A stretch of 64,000 bases of DNA, from the NCBI GenBank assembly GCA_963663235.2, contig CAXXNO010000006.1:256001-320000 (forward strand), given 5' to 3'. Both the position numbers and the translations under genes were made by a program. Origin of the DNA: Dehalococcoidia bacterium. GTDB lineage: Bacteria; Chloroflexota; Dehalococcoidia; Bin125. Positions 38,989 to 48,546 of the stretch are shown piece after piece (the first letter of the stretch is position 1; every line of letters begins with the position of its first letter). The notes beneath the pieces were generated by a model. It searched no databases and was not told the origin of the DNA. It was given only the letters and a program-made list of their open reading frames with translations.

Positions 38989-39993
38989 CTAGAACTGCTC
39001 CAAGAAGCGCAGGTCGTTTTGGTAGAAGTAGCGGATGTCGTGGATGCCATAGCGCAGCATGGCGGTGCGCTCCACGCCGATGCCGAAGGCGAAGCCGGTG
39101 TAGCGATCGGCGTCGTAGCCGGCGGCGGCCAGGATCTCCGGGTGCACCATGCCGGCGCCGAGGAGCTCGATCCAGCGGCCGTCGCGCCAGCGGATGGCGA
39201 CCTCCGCGCCGGGCTCGACGAAGGGGAAGTAGTCGCAGCGGAAGCGGGCCTCGACATCGGGACCGAAGAGGCGGTGCACGAACGCCTCCAGAGTGCCCTT
39301 GAGGTTGGCGAAGCTCACGCCTTCATCGACCACCAGGCCCTCGACCTGGGTGAGCATCCACTCGTGCGTGGCGTCGGTGGCCTCGTAGCGGTAGCAAGTG
39401 CCGGGGAAGATCGCCCGGATGGGCGGTTGACGCCGCTCCATCACGCGGATCTGCATGGGCGAGGTGTGCGTGCGCAGCAGCATGGGCCGCGCGCCGTCGC
39501 GTTCGTAGTCGATCCAGAGGGTGTCCCACATGTCGCGCGCGGGATGGTCCTGGGGGATGCGCAGGCGCTCGAAGTTGTAGCGGTCCCACTCGACCTGCGG
39601 GCCCTCCATCACGTCGAAGCCCATGTCGCGGAAGGCGCGCTCGATCTCCCGCAAGGTGAGGGTGATGGGATGGAGATGGCCCTGGGGCAGGGGGCGGGGG
39701 GGCAGGGTGACGTCGATGCCCAGCGCGTCGCCGGCGGCGCCCTGGGGCGGCTGCAGCTGCCCGCGACGCTGCTTCAGCGCCGCTTCCAGCCGGGTCTTGA
39801 GGCTGTTGGCCTGCAGGCCGGCGCGCCGGCGCTCCTCCGCGGGCAGGCCGCCGAGGCCACGCAGGACGGCTGTGACGTCCCCCCTGCGGCCCAAGAAGCG
39901 GAGGCGCCAGGCATCGACCGCGGCGAGGTCAGCGGCGGCGGCCAGCGCGGTGAGCGCCTCGCGCTCAAGAGTGGTGAGGTCTGTGTCGCTCAT
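38989..39993 (-). CDS. pheS: Phenylalanine-tRNA ligase alpha subunit
   Basis: HPARDMWDT, LRTHTSPMQ, YFPFVEP, GAGMVHP, GFAFGIGVER. Confidence 0.98.
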   Translation of the reverse strand: MSDTDLTTLEREALTALAAAADLAAVDAWRLRFLGRRGDVTAVLRGLGGLPAEERRRAGLQANSLKTRLEAALKQRRGQLQPPQGAAGDALGIDVTLPPRPLPQGHLHPITLTLREIERAFRDMGFDVMEGPQVEWDRYNFERLRIPQDHPARDMWDTLWIDYERDGARPMLLRTHTSPMQIRVMERRQPPIRAIFPGTCYRYEATDATHEWMLTQVEGLVVDEGVSFANLKGTLEAFVHRLFGPDVEARFRCDYFPFVEPGAEVAIRWRDGRWIELLGAGMVHPEILAAAGYDADRYTGFAFGIGVERTAMLRYGIHDIRYFYQNDLRFLEQF

Positions 39994-40001
39994 CCCGGGC
40001 C

Positions 40002-40031
40002 ACCGTACAAACGGCTTTCGCGGCCGGTCAA
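40002..40031 (-). promoter_or_regulatory. Promoter TTGACC-N18-TACGGT, 8 nt before the pheS ATG (leaderless-type)
   Basis: Hexamers read directly; no SD between -10 and ATG. Confidence 0.7.
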
Positions 40032-40101
40032 TCGACCCGCGCGCCGGGGCGCGGCTGGTACGATGCCGGACAGGGCAGGCAGCGAGCGGAGGGAATAGAG
40101 C

Positions 40102-40353
40102 ATGTCGCTCAAGAGCTACGTCCTGATCGAAGCGGAGGTGGGCGCCGCCAAGAGCGTGAGCGAGGCGCTGCGCGCCCTCAAACACCCCGAAGCCGCCGTG
40201 GTCGGCGTCGACACGGTGACCGGTCCCTACGACGTGATCTGCCTCCTGGAGGCCGACGACCTGAACAAATTGGGACGCTGCATCACCGAGGGGATCCAGA
40301 GCGTGGCCGGCGTCAAGCGCACCACGACCTGCCTCACCGTGCAGCTGAGCTGA
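40102..40353 (+). CDS. Stand-alone Lrp/AsnC ligand-binding (RAM) domain protein
   Basis: YVLIEAEVG, VTGPYDVI, IQSVAGVKRTTT; no HTH. Confidence 0.9.
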   Translation: MSLKSYVLIEAEVGAAKSVSEALRALKHPEAAVVGVDTVTGPYDVICLLEADDLNKLGRCITEGIQSVAGVKRTTTCLTVQLS

Positions 40354-40369
40354 CGCCGAGAGCGCGACG

Positions 40370-41671
40370 ATGACCCAGAAAGCAGCGCCCGCCGCAGACA
40401 TGCTGCCGGTTGAGGAGGCGCTGGCGCGCATCCTGGCCCTCTGCGAGGTGATGCCCCCCGAGCGCCGGCCGATCGACGAGGCGGGCGGCCAGGTGCTGGC
40501 GGAGGACGTGGTCGCGCCGTTCGACATCCCTCCGCTCGACAACACGGCCATGGACGGCTACGCCGTGCAGGCGGCCAGCACGTCCGGCGCGGGCGCGGCG
40601 CGTCCGCTGCGCCTGCGGGTCCGTGGAGAGCTGGCGGCGGGCTATCTCTTCGAGGGGAGCGTGGGGGCAGGGGAGGCCGTGCGGATCATGACCGGGGCGC
40701 CCGTTCCCGCCGGCGCGGACAGCATTGTGCCGTTCGAAGAGACGGACGAAGAGGGGCTGCGCGCGCCGGGGCAGGCGCAGGCCGCGCCCGCCGAGGTGGG
40801 CGTGCTGAAGGAGGCGAAGCCGGGCGCCAACATCCGCCGTCGCGGGGAGGACGTGCGCCGGGGCGCGCGGATCCTGGAGGCAGGGGCGGTGCTGCGGGCG
40901 GCGCAGATCGGCGTGCTGGCGTCGATGGGGATCGCGGATGCGGTAGTGATCCGGCGACCGCGTGTGGCGATCCTGTCGACGGGGGACGAGTTGCTGGAGG
41001 CGGGGCAGCCGCCCGCGCCGGGCAAGATCTACGACAGCAACGCGGCCGGGCTGGCGGCGCTGGTGCACGAGCACGGCGGCGTTCCCGTGCGCCTGGGGAT
41101 CGCCCGGGACACGGTGGAGGCGCTGCGGGACAAGATCCGCGAGGCGCTGGCGGCGGACATGGTGGTGACGTCGGCGGGCGTGTCGCGGGGCGACTACGAC
41201 GTGGTCAAAGAGGTGCTGGCCTCCGAGGGGCAGGTGGACTTCTGGACCGTGCGGATGAAGCCGGGCAAGCCGCTGGCGTTCGGGACGTTCGAGGCGGCGG
41301 ACGGGCGCTCGGTGCCGCACATCGGCCTGCCCGGAAACCCGGTGTCATCGCTGCTGGCGTTCGAGCTGTTCGGCCGCCCGGCGATCTTCAAAATGCTGGG
41401 GCGGAAGGTGACGCCGCGCCCGATGATTCGGGCGGTGGCGGACGAGGCGATCGTGAACACGGACGGGCGTCGGGTGTACGCCCGGGTGATTGTGCGACAG
41501 GGCGACGACGGGCGCTGGCACGCGCGGCTGACGGGGCCGCAGGGGTCGGGGGTGCTGACGTCGTTGGCGCTGGCCAACGGGCTGGCGATTTGCCCGGAGG
41601 AGCGCGAGCAGGTGAACCCGGGCGAGGAGGTGGACGTGATCATGCTGGCGTGGGAGCATCCCGTCGATTAG
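40370..41671 (+). CDS. moeA: Molybdopterin molybdotransferase MoeA
   Basis: AMDGYAV, RIMTGAPVP, STGDEL, GVSRGDYD, MKPGKP, GLPGNPVS. Confidence 0.96.
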   Translation: MTQKAAPAADMLPVEEALARILALCEVMPPERRPIDEAGGQVLAEDVVAPFDIPPLDNTAMDGYAVQAASTSGAGAARPLRLRVRGELAAGYLFEGSVGAGEAVRIMTGAPVPAGADSIVPFEETDEEGLRAPGQAQAAPAEVGVLKEAKPGANIRRRGEDVRRGARILEAGAVLRAAQIGVLASMGIADAVVIRRPRVAILSTGDELLEAGQPPAPGKIYDSNAAGLAALVHEHGGVPVRLGIARDTVEALRDKIREALAADMVVTSAGVSRGDYDVVKEVLASEGQVDFWTVRMKPGKPLAFGTFEAADGRSVPHIGLPGNPVSSLLAFELFGRPAIFKMLGRKVTPRPMIRAVADEAIVNTDGRRVYARVIVRQGDDGRWHARLTGPQGSGVLTSLALANGLAICPEEREQVNPGEEVDVIMLAWEHPVD

Positions 41672-41721
41672 AGGGCCGAGCGGTGCGGAATCGCCGCGCA
41701 AGAGAGGGAGGTTACAGTCCA

Positions 41722-42027
41722 ATGGAGTTCCTGTTGAAGACAATGATGCGGGATCCGATGCCGCCGGAGATGGTGGCGCCGATGTTCGAGGCCCTGCTGG
41801 GGTGGGCCCAGAAGTACCGGGCCAGCGGGAAGCTGGAGCGGATGTGGAACTTCGCCGGGCTGCAAGGCGGGGGCGGGATCTTGAACGTGGACTCGCACGA
41901 GGAGCTGGAAGCGATCATGAACGAGTTCCCGCTGGGGCCGTTCATGGAGATCGAGATCACCCCGCTGTCCGACCTGGACAAGGCGCTGCAGGGGATCATC
42001 GAGGCGGCGAAGGCGATGCAGGGGTAG
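41722..42027 (+). CDS. Muconolactone isomerase-like dimeric alpha/beta barrel protein
   Basis: GGAGG SD; GKLERMW..GGGILNVDSHEEL..FPLGPFMEIEITPL pattern. Confidence 0.7.
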   Translation: MEFLLKTMMRDPMPPEMVAPMFEALLGWAQKYRASGKLERMWNFAGLQGGGGILNVDSHEELEAIMNEFPLGPFMEIEITPLSDLDKALQGIIEAAKAMQG

Positions 42028-42031
42028 GCGC

Positions 42032-42352
42032 CTAGCGCATGGTGAAGCGCTCGAACTCGCGGGAGGCGGGGCCCCAGCGGGGCTCGACCTTGACCACGTG
42101 GGCCCCACCGGGGCCTGTCCTTAGTTCGGTCAGCAGTTGCCGCAGCAGGTCGCGCGGGCCCTCCGCCACCACCTCCAGCGTGCGGCCGTCGTCCAAGTTG
42201 GCGGCGTAGCCGGTGAGGCGCCCGCCCGGGCGGCCGAGGTCGCGGGCGATGCGGACGCAGAAGTCGCGGTAGCCCACGCCCTGCACGCGACCCTGCACGT
42301 GCACCCTGAGACGCACGACACCCAGCGTCACATCATCGTCGGCCACGGCCAC
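42032..42352 (-). CDS. acyP: Acylphosphatase
   Basis: VQGRVQGVGYR, GYAANLDDG, EVVAEG. Confidence 0.93.
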   Translation of the reverse strand: MAVADDDVTLGVVRLRVHVQGRVQGVGYRDFCVRIARDLGRPGGRLTGYAANLDDGRTLEVVAEGPRDLLRQLLTELRTGPGGAHVVKVEPRWGPASREFERFTMR

Positions 42353-42371
42353 CCTACCCTACCCATCCGCA

Positions 42372-44114
42372 TCACGGGCGATCGGCGTCAGCCGTCAAAT
42401 CCGCTAGGACCTCCCGCATCAACTCGGCGGGCACGTCGGCGCGGATCACGGGGCGGCCGGGCTCCTCCAGCAGCACCCACTGGACTACGCCGCCGCGCAC
42501 CTTCTTATCGCTGAAGATCGCGCTCTCGACCGCGTCGGGGTCGACTCCAGAGGCGGATGAAGGCAAACCGAAGCGATTAAGGAGCGTGCGGTGGCGACTA
42601 ACGATCGCACTATCCAGCAGGCCGAGGCGTCCGGCGATCATCGCCGCGCCGAGCAGCCCCACGCCGACCGCCTCGCCGTGGAGGAGGCGCTCATAGCCGG
42701 TGGCCACCTCCAGAGCGTGGGCGATGGTGTGGCCGTAGTTGAGGATCATGCGGAGCTGCGCCTCCCGCTCGTCGGCGGAGACGATCGCCGCCTTGATCGC
42801 GGCGTTGCGGGCAACGAGGTCGACGAGGCGATCGCGGTCAGCGCCGTCATCGCCGAGAGCAAGGAATGAGGCGGCGTCGCGCTCGAGGTCGTCGAGCATG
42901 GCGGGGTCGCGGATCCAGGCGTGCTTGATCACCTCGGCGAAGCCCGCGCGGCGCTCCCGATCCGGCAAGGAGGTCAGCGTGGCGACGTCCGCGACCACGG
43001 CGCGGGGCGGATGAAAGGCGCCGACCAAGTTCTTGCCCGCAGGCAGGTCGATCGCCACCTTGCCGCCGATGGAGGCATCGACCATGGCGAGGAGCGTGGT
43101 CGGGAGGTGGACGAGCGCCATGCCGCGCAGGTAGGTCGCGGCGGCGGTCCCGGCCAGATCGCCCACCACGCCACCGCCCAGCGCCAGCACCGCGTCGCCG
43201 CGCTCGGCGCGCTCCCGCGCCAGCCAGTCGTAGATGCGGGCCAGTTGATCGAGGCTCTTGCTCGCTTCGCCGGGCGGGACGGCGAGAACGCGCACCTCGC
43301 GTCCGGCGGAGCGAAGCGTCGCCAGGACGGGCTCTCCCAAGGTGTCGAGCACCGAAGCGTCCGCGACCAGGAAGAGACTAGCCCCCCCATCGCCGCTGAG
43401 GCCGACGGCGTCGAGTTTCTCCGGCAGGCGCTCCAGCAGTCCCCAACCCACGAAGACGGGGTAGAAGCCGTCACGCGCCCGCACAGTGCAGGCCACGTGG
43501 CCACCGAAATCGGGCGGAGCCGTGCTGAGAAGGCCGGGGCCGGCGGCGATGGCATCGAGGCGGGCTTGGGAGCGCAGCGCCCGCGGGTCATGGCGGTTGA
43601 GCGCGGAGACGATCTCGTCGACCACGGCGTCCACGTCGAGCGCATCGGTGCGCACGGTGAGGTCGGCCAAGGCGTAGAAGGGTTGTCGTGCCGCCTTGAG
43701 GTCGCGGATGCGTGCGAGCGAGTCGGGGGCGGCCAGCAGGGGCCGGACGTCGGGCGCCCCGGTCGTGCCGGTGCGCACGGCGATCGTGTCGACGCGAGCC
43801 TCCAGCGCCACGACCAGTCCGTCGTCGGCGAGCAGCCGCCGGCTCCCGGCGTCCATGAAAGCGCCGCCGCCCGTGGCGACAACGACGTCGCGTTCGGCGG
43901 CGGCGCGGCGGACCGCATCGCGCTCGCGGGAGCGGAAGGCAGCCTCGCCCTCGCGCGCGAAGATCTCGGTGATGGGGCGACCCGCCGCCTCCTCGATGAG
44001 AGCGTCGGTATCGAGCGCGCGCCGGTTCAAGCGGGACGCCAGGCCTTGCGCCACGGCGGACTTGCCCGTGCCGCTGAAGCCGATAAGCACGATGCGCCGC
44101 AGGTCGGGCGCCAT
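42372..44114 (-). CDS. aroKB: Bifunctional shikimate kinase / 3-dehydroquinate synthase
   Basis: GFSGTGKS, GEAAFR, ATGGG, RPLL, then GGGVVGD, PTTLLAMVDASIGGK, KNLVGAF, LNYGHT, HGEAV. Confidence 0.95.
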   Translation of the reverse strand: MAPDLRRIVLIGFSGTGKSAVAQGLASRLNRRALDTDALIEEAAGRPITEIFAREGEAAFRSRERDAVRRAAAERDVVVATGGGAFMDAGSRRLLADDGLVVALEARVDTIAVRTGTTGAPDVRPLLAAPDSLARIRDLKAARQPFYALADLTVRTDALDVDAVVDEIVSALNRHDPRALRSQARLDAIAAGPGLLSTAPPDFGGHVACTVRARDGFYPVFVGWGLLERLPEKLDAVGLSGDGGASLFLVADASVLDTLGEPVLATLRSAGREVRVLAVPPGEASKSLDQLARIYDWLARERAERGDAVLALGGGVVGDLAGTAAATYLRGMALVHLPTTLLAMVDASIGGKVAIDLPAGKNLVGAFHPPRAVVADVATLTSLPDRERRAGFAEVIKHAWIRDPAMLDDLERDAASFLALGDDGADRDRLVDLVARNAAIKAAIVSADEREAQLRMILNYGHTIAHALEVATGYERLLHGEAVGVGLLGAAMIAGRLGLLDSAIVSRHRTLLNRFGLPSSASGVDPDAVESAIFSDKKVRGGVVQWVLLEEPGRPVIRADVPAELMREVLADLTADADRP

Positions 44115-45331
44115 CAGTCGTCCGTCTGCGGGCCGCCCGACTGAGCGCGCGGGCCGAGCGTGGCCTGGAAGGCCTCGAAGTTTCGGCGCGTCTCGGCAAG
44201 GCTGTCCCCGCCGTGCTTCTCCAGGAAGGCGTCGGCCAAGACCAGCGCCAGCATCGCCTCCACGATCACCCCAGCCGCGGGGACCACGCACACATCGGAG
44301 CGCTCGTAGTGCGCCTCCACCGCCTCGCCGGTGTCGAGGTCCACCGAGGGGAGCGGCTTGGCGAGCGTGGCGATGGGCTTCACGGCCACGCGCACGATCA
44401 GGTCTTCACCCGTGGTCGTGCCGCCCTCGATGCCGCCGTGGTTGTTGGTCAGATGTGGCCAAGGGCGGTCGCTCCACTGCTCGCGGGGCGCGATCACATC
44501 GTGCACCTGGGAGCCGCGCCGGCCGGCGCTGCGAAAGCCCGCGCCAATCTCCACACCCTTGAACGCGTTCATGCTCATGAGCGCTTGCGCCAAGCGCCCG
44601 TCCAGTTTGCGGTCCCAGTGCACGTGGCTGCCCAGGCCAATCGGCACACCAGTCACGCGCCCCTCCACCACGCCGCCGATGGAGTCACCATCGGCCTTGG
44701 CGGCGTCGATGGCGGCGACCATGCGGGCAGCCGCATCTGGGTCGGCACAGCGCACGGGCGACTCTTCGGCCGCAGCCCAGTCGACTGAGTCGCCGGGCTC
44801 CGCCGTGGTCTCGCCGATCTGGACCACATGACTGAAAAAGCGAAGCCCAAACTCCTCCAGGAAGCGGCGGGCCACGGCCCCGGCGGCGACGCGTGCGGCG
44901 CTCTCTCGCGCGCTGGCACGCTCCAGCGCGTCGCGGACGTCGTCGAAGCCGTACTTGAGCGAGGCGGGCAGGTCGGCGTGACCGGGGCGCAAGCGGGTGA
45001 CGCGGCCGACCTCCACGTCGACGGGCGAGCGGCTCATCGTCTCCGTCCAGGGGCGGCCGTCCGGGCCCTTGCCGGCGGCGTGGTCGCGGTTCTCGATCCA
45101 GAGCGCGACGGGGCTGCCGAGCGTGCGGCCGTGGCGGACCCCCGCGCGGATCTGGGCATGGTCAGACTCGATCTTCATGCGCCCGCCACGGCCGTGGCCC
45201 TTCTGCCGCCGCGCCAGTTGCGCGCGGATGAACTCCTCGTCGAGAGGCACGCGGGCCGGCAGCCCCTCGATGATCACCGTGAGTCCGGGACCGTGCGACT
45301 CCCCAGCGGTGAACCAGCGGAAGCGTCCCAT
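44114..45331 (-). CDS. aroC: Chorismate synthase
   Basis: TAGESHG, RPGHAD, ERASARE, GGIEGG, ERSD. Confidence 0.98.
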   Translation of the reverse strand: MGRFRWFTAGESHGPGLTVIIEGLPARVPLDEEFIRAQLARRQKGHGRGGRMKIESDHAQIRAGVRHGRTLGSPVALWIENRDHAAGKGPDGRPWTETMSRSPVDVEVGRVTRLRPGHADLPASLKYGFDDVRDALERASARESAARVAAGAVARRFLEEFGLRFFSHVVQIGETTAEPGDSVDWAAAEESPVRCADPDAAARMVAAIDAAKADGDSIGGVVEGRVTGVPIGLGSHVHWDRKLDGRLAQALMSMNAFKGVEIGAGFRSAGRRGSQVHDVIAPREQWSDRPWPHLTNNHGGIEGGTTTGEDLIVRVAVKPIATLAKPLPSVDLDTGEAVEAHYERSDVCVVPAAGVIVEAMLALVLADAFLEKHGGDSLAETRRNFEAFQATLGPRAQSGGPQTDD

Positions 45332-45341
45332 CGATCCCTCC

Positions 45342-46037
45342 TCAGCGCGGCCGCGCGGAGCGACCAGCATCGGCGCCCGCGGCCACGTCCGCCTCGAGAT
45401 CCTCGCGCTCCTCCTCGACAGGCTGCGGAGGCGGCGGTAGCTCGATGGCCAGCGGCTCACCCGAGTCGCTGAGACGGTAGAGCGGGGAAAAGGTCTGCAT
45501 GATCTCGTCGGGCGACGCCCAGTCCCAGTCGAGCGGGGCGGCAGTCTCACGGTCGGCAGTCAGCGAAAGGATGGGCCGGGGCACAGCAACGCCGCTTTCG
45601 TCGCGGAAGGTGGTGTAGACATCGACGCGGACATGCGTCGGCCGCAGGTTGGGAACGTCGTAGAGGATCATCTCGATCAAAAGGGCGGCCGTGGCGAAGG
45701 CGGTGTCGAGCGCGGTCGCCACCTGCATCCGCTTGCCCTCGACCAGCCGGAACTCCGCTTCGGCAGTGCTGCTGACGTACACGAGCCGTCTGGTCCCGTA
45801 GATCAGCTCCATGCCCTGCACGCCAGCCCAGATAGCAGCGCTCACCCTTTTCGGCGGGCGCTGCGCCTGCCAGCGATCGATCTCGCCGGCGAGAATCTGG
45901 CCGATGGCGTCCAGGTCGCCCTCGTCCACGAGCCGGCGCCAGAAGAGATGCGTCCGCACCTCCTTGAAGATGACGATGCCAACGAGCACGAAGAGCACGA
46001 AGAGCACGATGGCGGCGATGAAGGGTGCGTTGCTCAC
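45342..46037 (-). CDS. Hypothetical protein with N-terminal TM anchor
   Basis: GTGA overlap with the aroE stop; FIAAIVLFVLFVLVGIVIF then a soluble domain. Confidence 0.8.
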   Translation of the reverse strand: MSNAPFIAAIVLFVLFVLVGIVIFKEVRTHLFWRRLVDEGDLDAIGQILAGEIDRWQAQRPPKRVSAAIWAGVQGMELIYGTRRLVYVSSTAEAEFRLVEGKRMQVATALDTAFATAALLIEMILYDVPNLRPTHVRVDVYTTFRDESGVAVPRPILSLTADRETAAPLDWDWASPDEIMQTFSPLYRLSDSGEPLAIELPPPPQPVEEEREDLEADVAAGADAGRSARPR

Positions 46038-46912
46038 GTCGCCTCTCCCAAGGGAGCGGAGGTTTGCCCCATCGCCGCCTCCGCAGCGGCGAACATCGTG
46101 GCTAGGGGAGCGGGCCGCCCCGTCCACAACTCGAACGAGGCGGCGCCCTGATGGACCAGCATCGGCAAGCCGCCGAGCGCCGGATGGCCGGCGCCGCGCG
46201 CGGCGGCGACCAGCGACGTCTCGGAGGGGTTCGCGACCAGGTCCACCACGGCCGCGCCCGGCGGCAGGGCGCTCACGTCGAACGGCATCACGCCCGCATT
46301 ATCGCTCCCCAGTATCCCAACCGGCGTGCAATTCACCGCCAGGTCACAATCGCGCAGGGCGGCGGCCGTCTCCGGGTCATCGCCGGCGTAAGCGCGCAGG
46401 CGCAGGTCGCCGGGGTGACCGGCGAGGTGGTGTCGCAAGCGCCCGGCGCGCGCGGGCGTGCGGTTGACGATGGTGATGGCTCTAACGCCGCGCCCGATGA
46501 GTGCCCAGGCCACCGCGCGGGCCGAGCCGCCCGCACCCCAGAGCAGCGCGTGCGCGCCCCGCGGTTCGATCCCCGCCTCACGAAGGGCCGTTTGGAATCC
46601 GCTCACGTCCGTGTTGTAGCCCTCCAACGATCCGTCGCTGTTGACGATGGTATTGACCGCGCCCACGGAGCGGGCGGTCTCATGCAGCCGGTCGACGTGC
46701 CGAGCGGCGGCCTCCTTATAGGGAATGGTGACGTTGGCGCCGAGGGCGTCGGCGTCGCGCAGGGTGGCGATGGTCGCCGCCAGGTCGTCGGCCTGGACGT
46801 CCCAGGCCTCGTAGCGGGCGTCGAACCCGATCGCGTCCAAGGCGGCCTGCTGGAAGGTGGGCGACACACTGTGCCCCACGGGATGGCCGATCACGCCGAG
46901 GCGGGCCGTCAT
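46034..46912 (-). CDS. aroE: Shikimate dehydrogenase
   Basis: GHSVSP, GANVTIPYK, GAVNT, NTD, GAGGSA, MLVHQG. Confidence 0.97.
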   Translation of the reverse strand: MTARLGVIGHPVGHSVSPTFQQAALDAIGFDARYEAWDVQADDLAATIATLRDADALGANVTIPYKEAAARHVDRLHETARSVGAVNTIVNSDGSLEGYNTDVSGFQTALREAGIEPRGAHALLWGAGGSARAVAWALIGRGVRAITIVNRTPARAGRLRHHLAGHPGDLRLRAYAGDDPETAAALRDCDLAVNCTPVGILGSDNAGVMPFDVSALPPGAAVVDLVANPSETSLVAAARGAGHPALGGLPMLVHQGAASFELWTGRPAPLATMFAAAEAAMGQTSAPLGEAT

Positions 46913-48018
46913 TCGGCCTCCTCGCTCTCACCCTCGTCCGCCGGCTCCAGGATCACCCCCTGGAACACCTCCACGTTGCGCAGATGCTCCTCGAAGGTCG
47001 TGGCGAAGACGTGGGAGCCGTCGCCGCGCGCGACGAAGAAGAGGAAGGTGGTCGCCGCCGGCTGGATGGCCGCGTCGATGGCGGCGGCGCCAGGGTTGGC
47101 GATGGGGCCCAGCGGCAGTCCGACGCGGAAATAGGTGTTGTAGGCCGATGGGACCCGCAAGTCGTCGAGCGTCAGGGCCTCTTTCCAGTAGCCGAAGCGC
47201 TCTACGTTGCCGGGGATTTGGGCGAGCGCGTACTGCACGGTGGGGTCCGCTTGCAGCCTCATGTTCTGGGCCAGCCGGTTGACGAAGACCGAGGCGATTA
47301 CGCCGCGTTCCGTCTTTTCGACCGCCTCGCGTTCCACGATCGACGCCAAGGTCAGGACTCCGTGCACGGTGGCGCCCGACCGCACGAGATCCTGTCGCCG
47401 CTCCAAGGGGAACTCTTGATCCAAGCGCTCCAGGAACTGCCGCACCACATCGTCGGCGGTGGCTCGCAGGGAGAAGGCATAGGTGGCGGGGAAAAGATAG
47501 CCATCGAGGGATGTGCCGAGCGGCCGTTCGGCCGCCAAAGTCCCGCGCCAGTTGTCGGGATTGCGGGCCGCCGCCAGGAAGTCGGCGCGAGAAACGACAT
47601 TGTGCTCCGCCAGGATGTCCGCGACCTCCTCCAGCCGCTTCCCTTCTGGAACGGTCACGACCAAGGGGGAGGTGACGCCGTCACGCAAGCGTCGCAGCAC
47701 CTCCATGGTGTTGATGCCCGGCTCGAAGTCGTAGGCGCCAGCCTTCAGCAGGTCCTGGAAGCCGAGCAGGGCGGCCAAAACCTCGAACTGGCGCGATGAG
47801 CGGATCACGCCCTGCTCCTCCAGGGCGTCCGCGATGCCGGCCGCGCTGTCGCCGGGCTGGATCACCACCGTGACCACGTCACGCGGGGGCAAGGGCTCGC
47901 TCTCCGACGCCGGGGTCTCGTCGCCGAAAGCGCTGCCGGGCACGCCCATCGAGAGCAAGATGGCGACGCCGGTGAGGGCCGAGGCGACGAAGACGCTGAG
48001 GAGCCAGATGTAGCGCAT
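46909..48018 (-). CDS. mltG: Endolytic transglycosylase MltG (YceG-like)
   Basis: N-terminal TM, VPEG, GYLFPATY, LASIVERE, LQADPT, YNTY..GLPLGPIANPG. Confidence 0.95.
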   Translation of the reverse strand: MRYIWLLSVFVASALTGVAILLSMGVPGSAFGDETPASESEPLPPRDVVTVVIQPGDSAAGIADALEEQGVIRSSRQFEVLAALLGFQDLLKAGAYDFEPGINTMEVLRRLRDGVTSPLVVTVPEGKRLEEVADILAEHNVVSRADFLAAARNPDNWRGTLAAERPLGTSLDGYLFPATYAFSLRATADDVVRQFLERLDQEFPLERRQDLVRSGATVHGVLTLASIVEREAVEKTERGVIASVFVNRLAQNMRLQADPTVQYALAQIPGNVERFGYWKEALTLDDLRVPSAYNTYFRVGLPLGPIANPGAAAIDAAIQPAATTFLFFVARGDGSHVFATTFEEHLRNVEVFQGVILEPADEGESEEAE

Positions 48019-48032
48019 GGATCGCCGCCGCT

Positions 48033-48527
48033 CTACCGCTGCCCCTGCGGGGGCTCCACGACGGCGTCGGCAGCGGGCGTGAGCGTGGGCCGGTCGGCGT
48101 CCAGCCAGCGCTGCAGGATGGCCGCGGCGGCCGTGGCGTGGTGAACTTGACGCCGCTTGCGGTGCTCAGCCGGACGGAGGCGACGCCGCCGGCTTCGCGG
48201 CGCGTGTGTCTCCGGCGGCGGCGTTATCGGATTCGAGTAGCGCTCATCGACCGCGATGGCCGGCAGAGCGAGGGCCTCGGCCAACCGCTCGCCGTAGCGA
48301 CGAAAGCGCGCGGCCTGCGCGTTCTCGACGCCATCGGGGTCGACGGGCACACCCAGCAGCACCAAGCCGGCGCCCTCCGGGCCGAGGAGCCCGCGGATGG
48401 TGGCCGCGCCCCCATCCGGCTCGTCGCGCCGATCGAGAGTGGTGAGCGGGAGCGCCAGGCGTCCGTCGTCATCGCAGATCGCGACGCCAACCCAGCGCTC
48501 GCCGGGATCGATTGCCAGCACTCGCAC
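48033..48527 (-). CDS. ruvX: YqgF/RuvX family RNase H-fold nuclease
   Basis: LAIDPGERWVGVAICD, LGVP, VDERYS, AAAILQRWLD. Confidence 0.9.
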   Translation of the reverse strand: MRVLAIDPGERWVGVAICDDDGRLALPLTTLDRRDEPDGGAATIRGLLGPEGAGLVLLGVPVDPDGVENAQAARFRRYGERLAEALALPAIAVDERYSNPITPPPETHAPRSRRRRLRPAEHRKRRQVHHATAAAAILQRWLDADRPTLTPAADAVVEPPQGQR

Positions 48528-48546
48528 GCCGTGGATCCTCCGTTCG

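Noticed and set aside
42372-44114. AroK-AroB fusion as a novelty
   Set aside because: A known bifunctional arrangement in several bacterial lineages.
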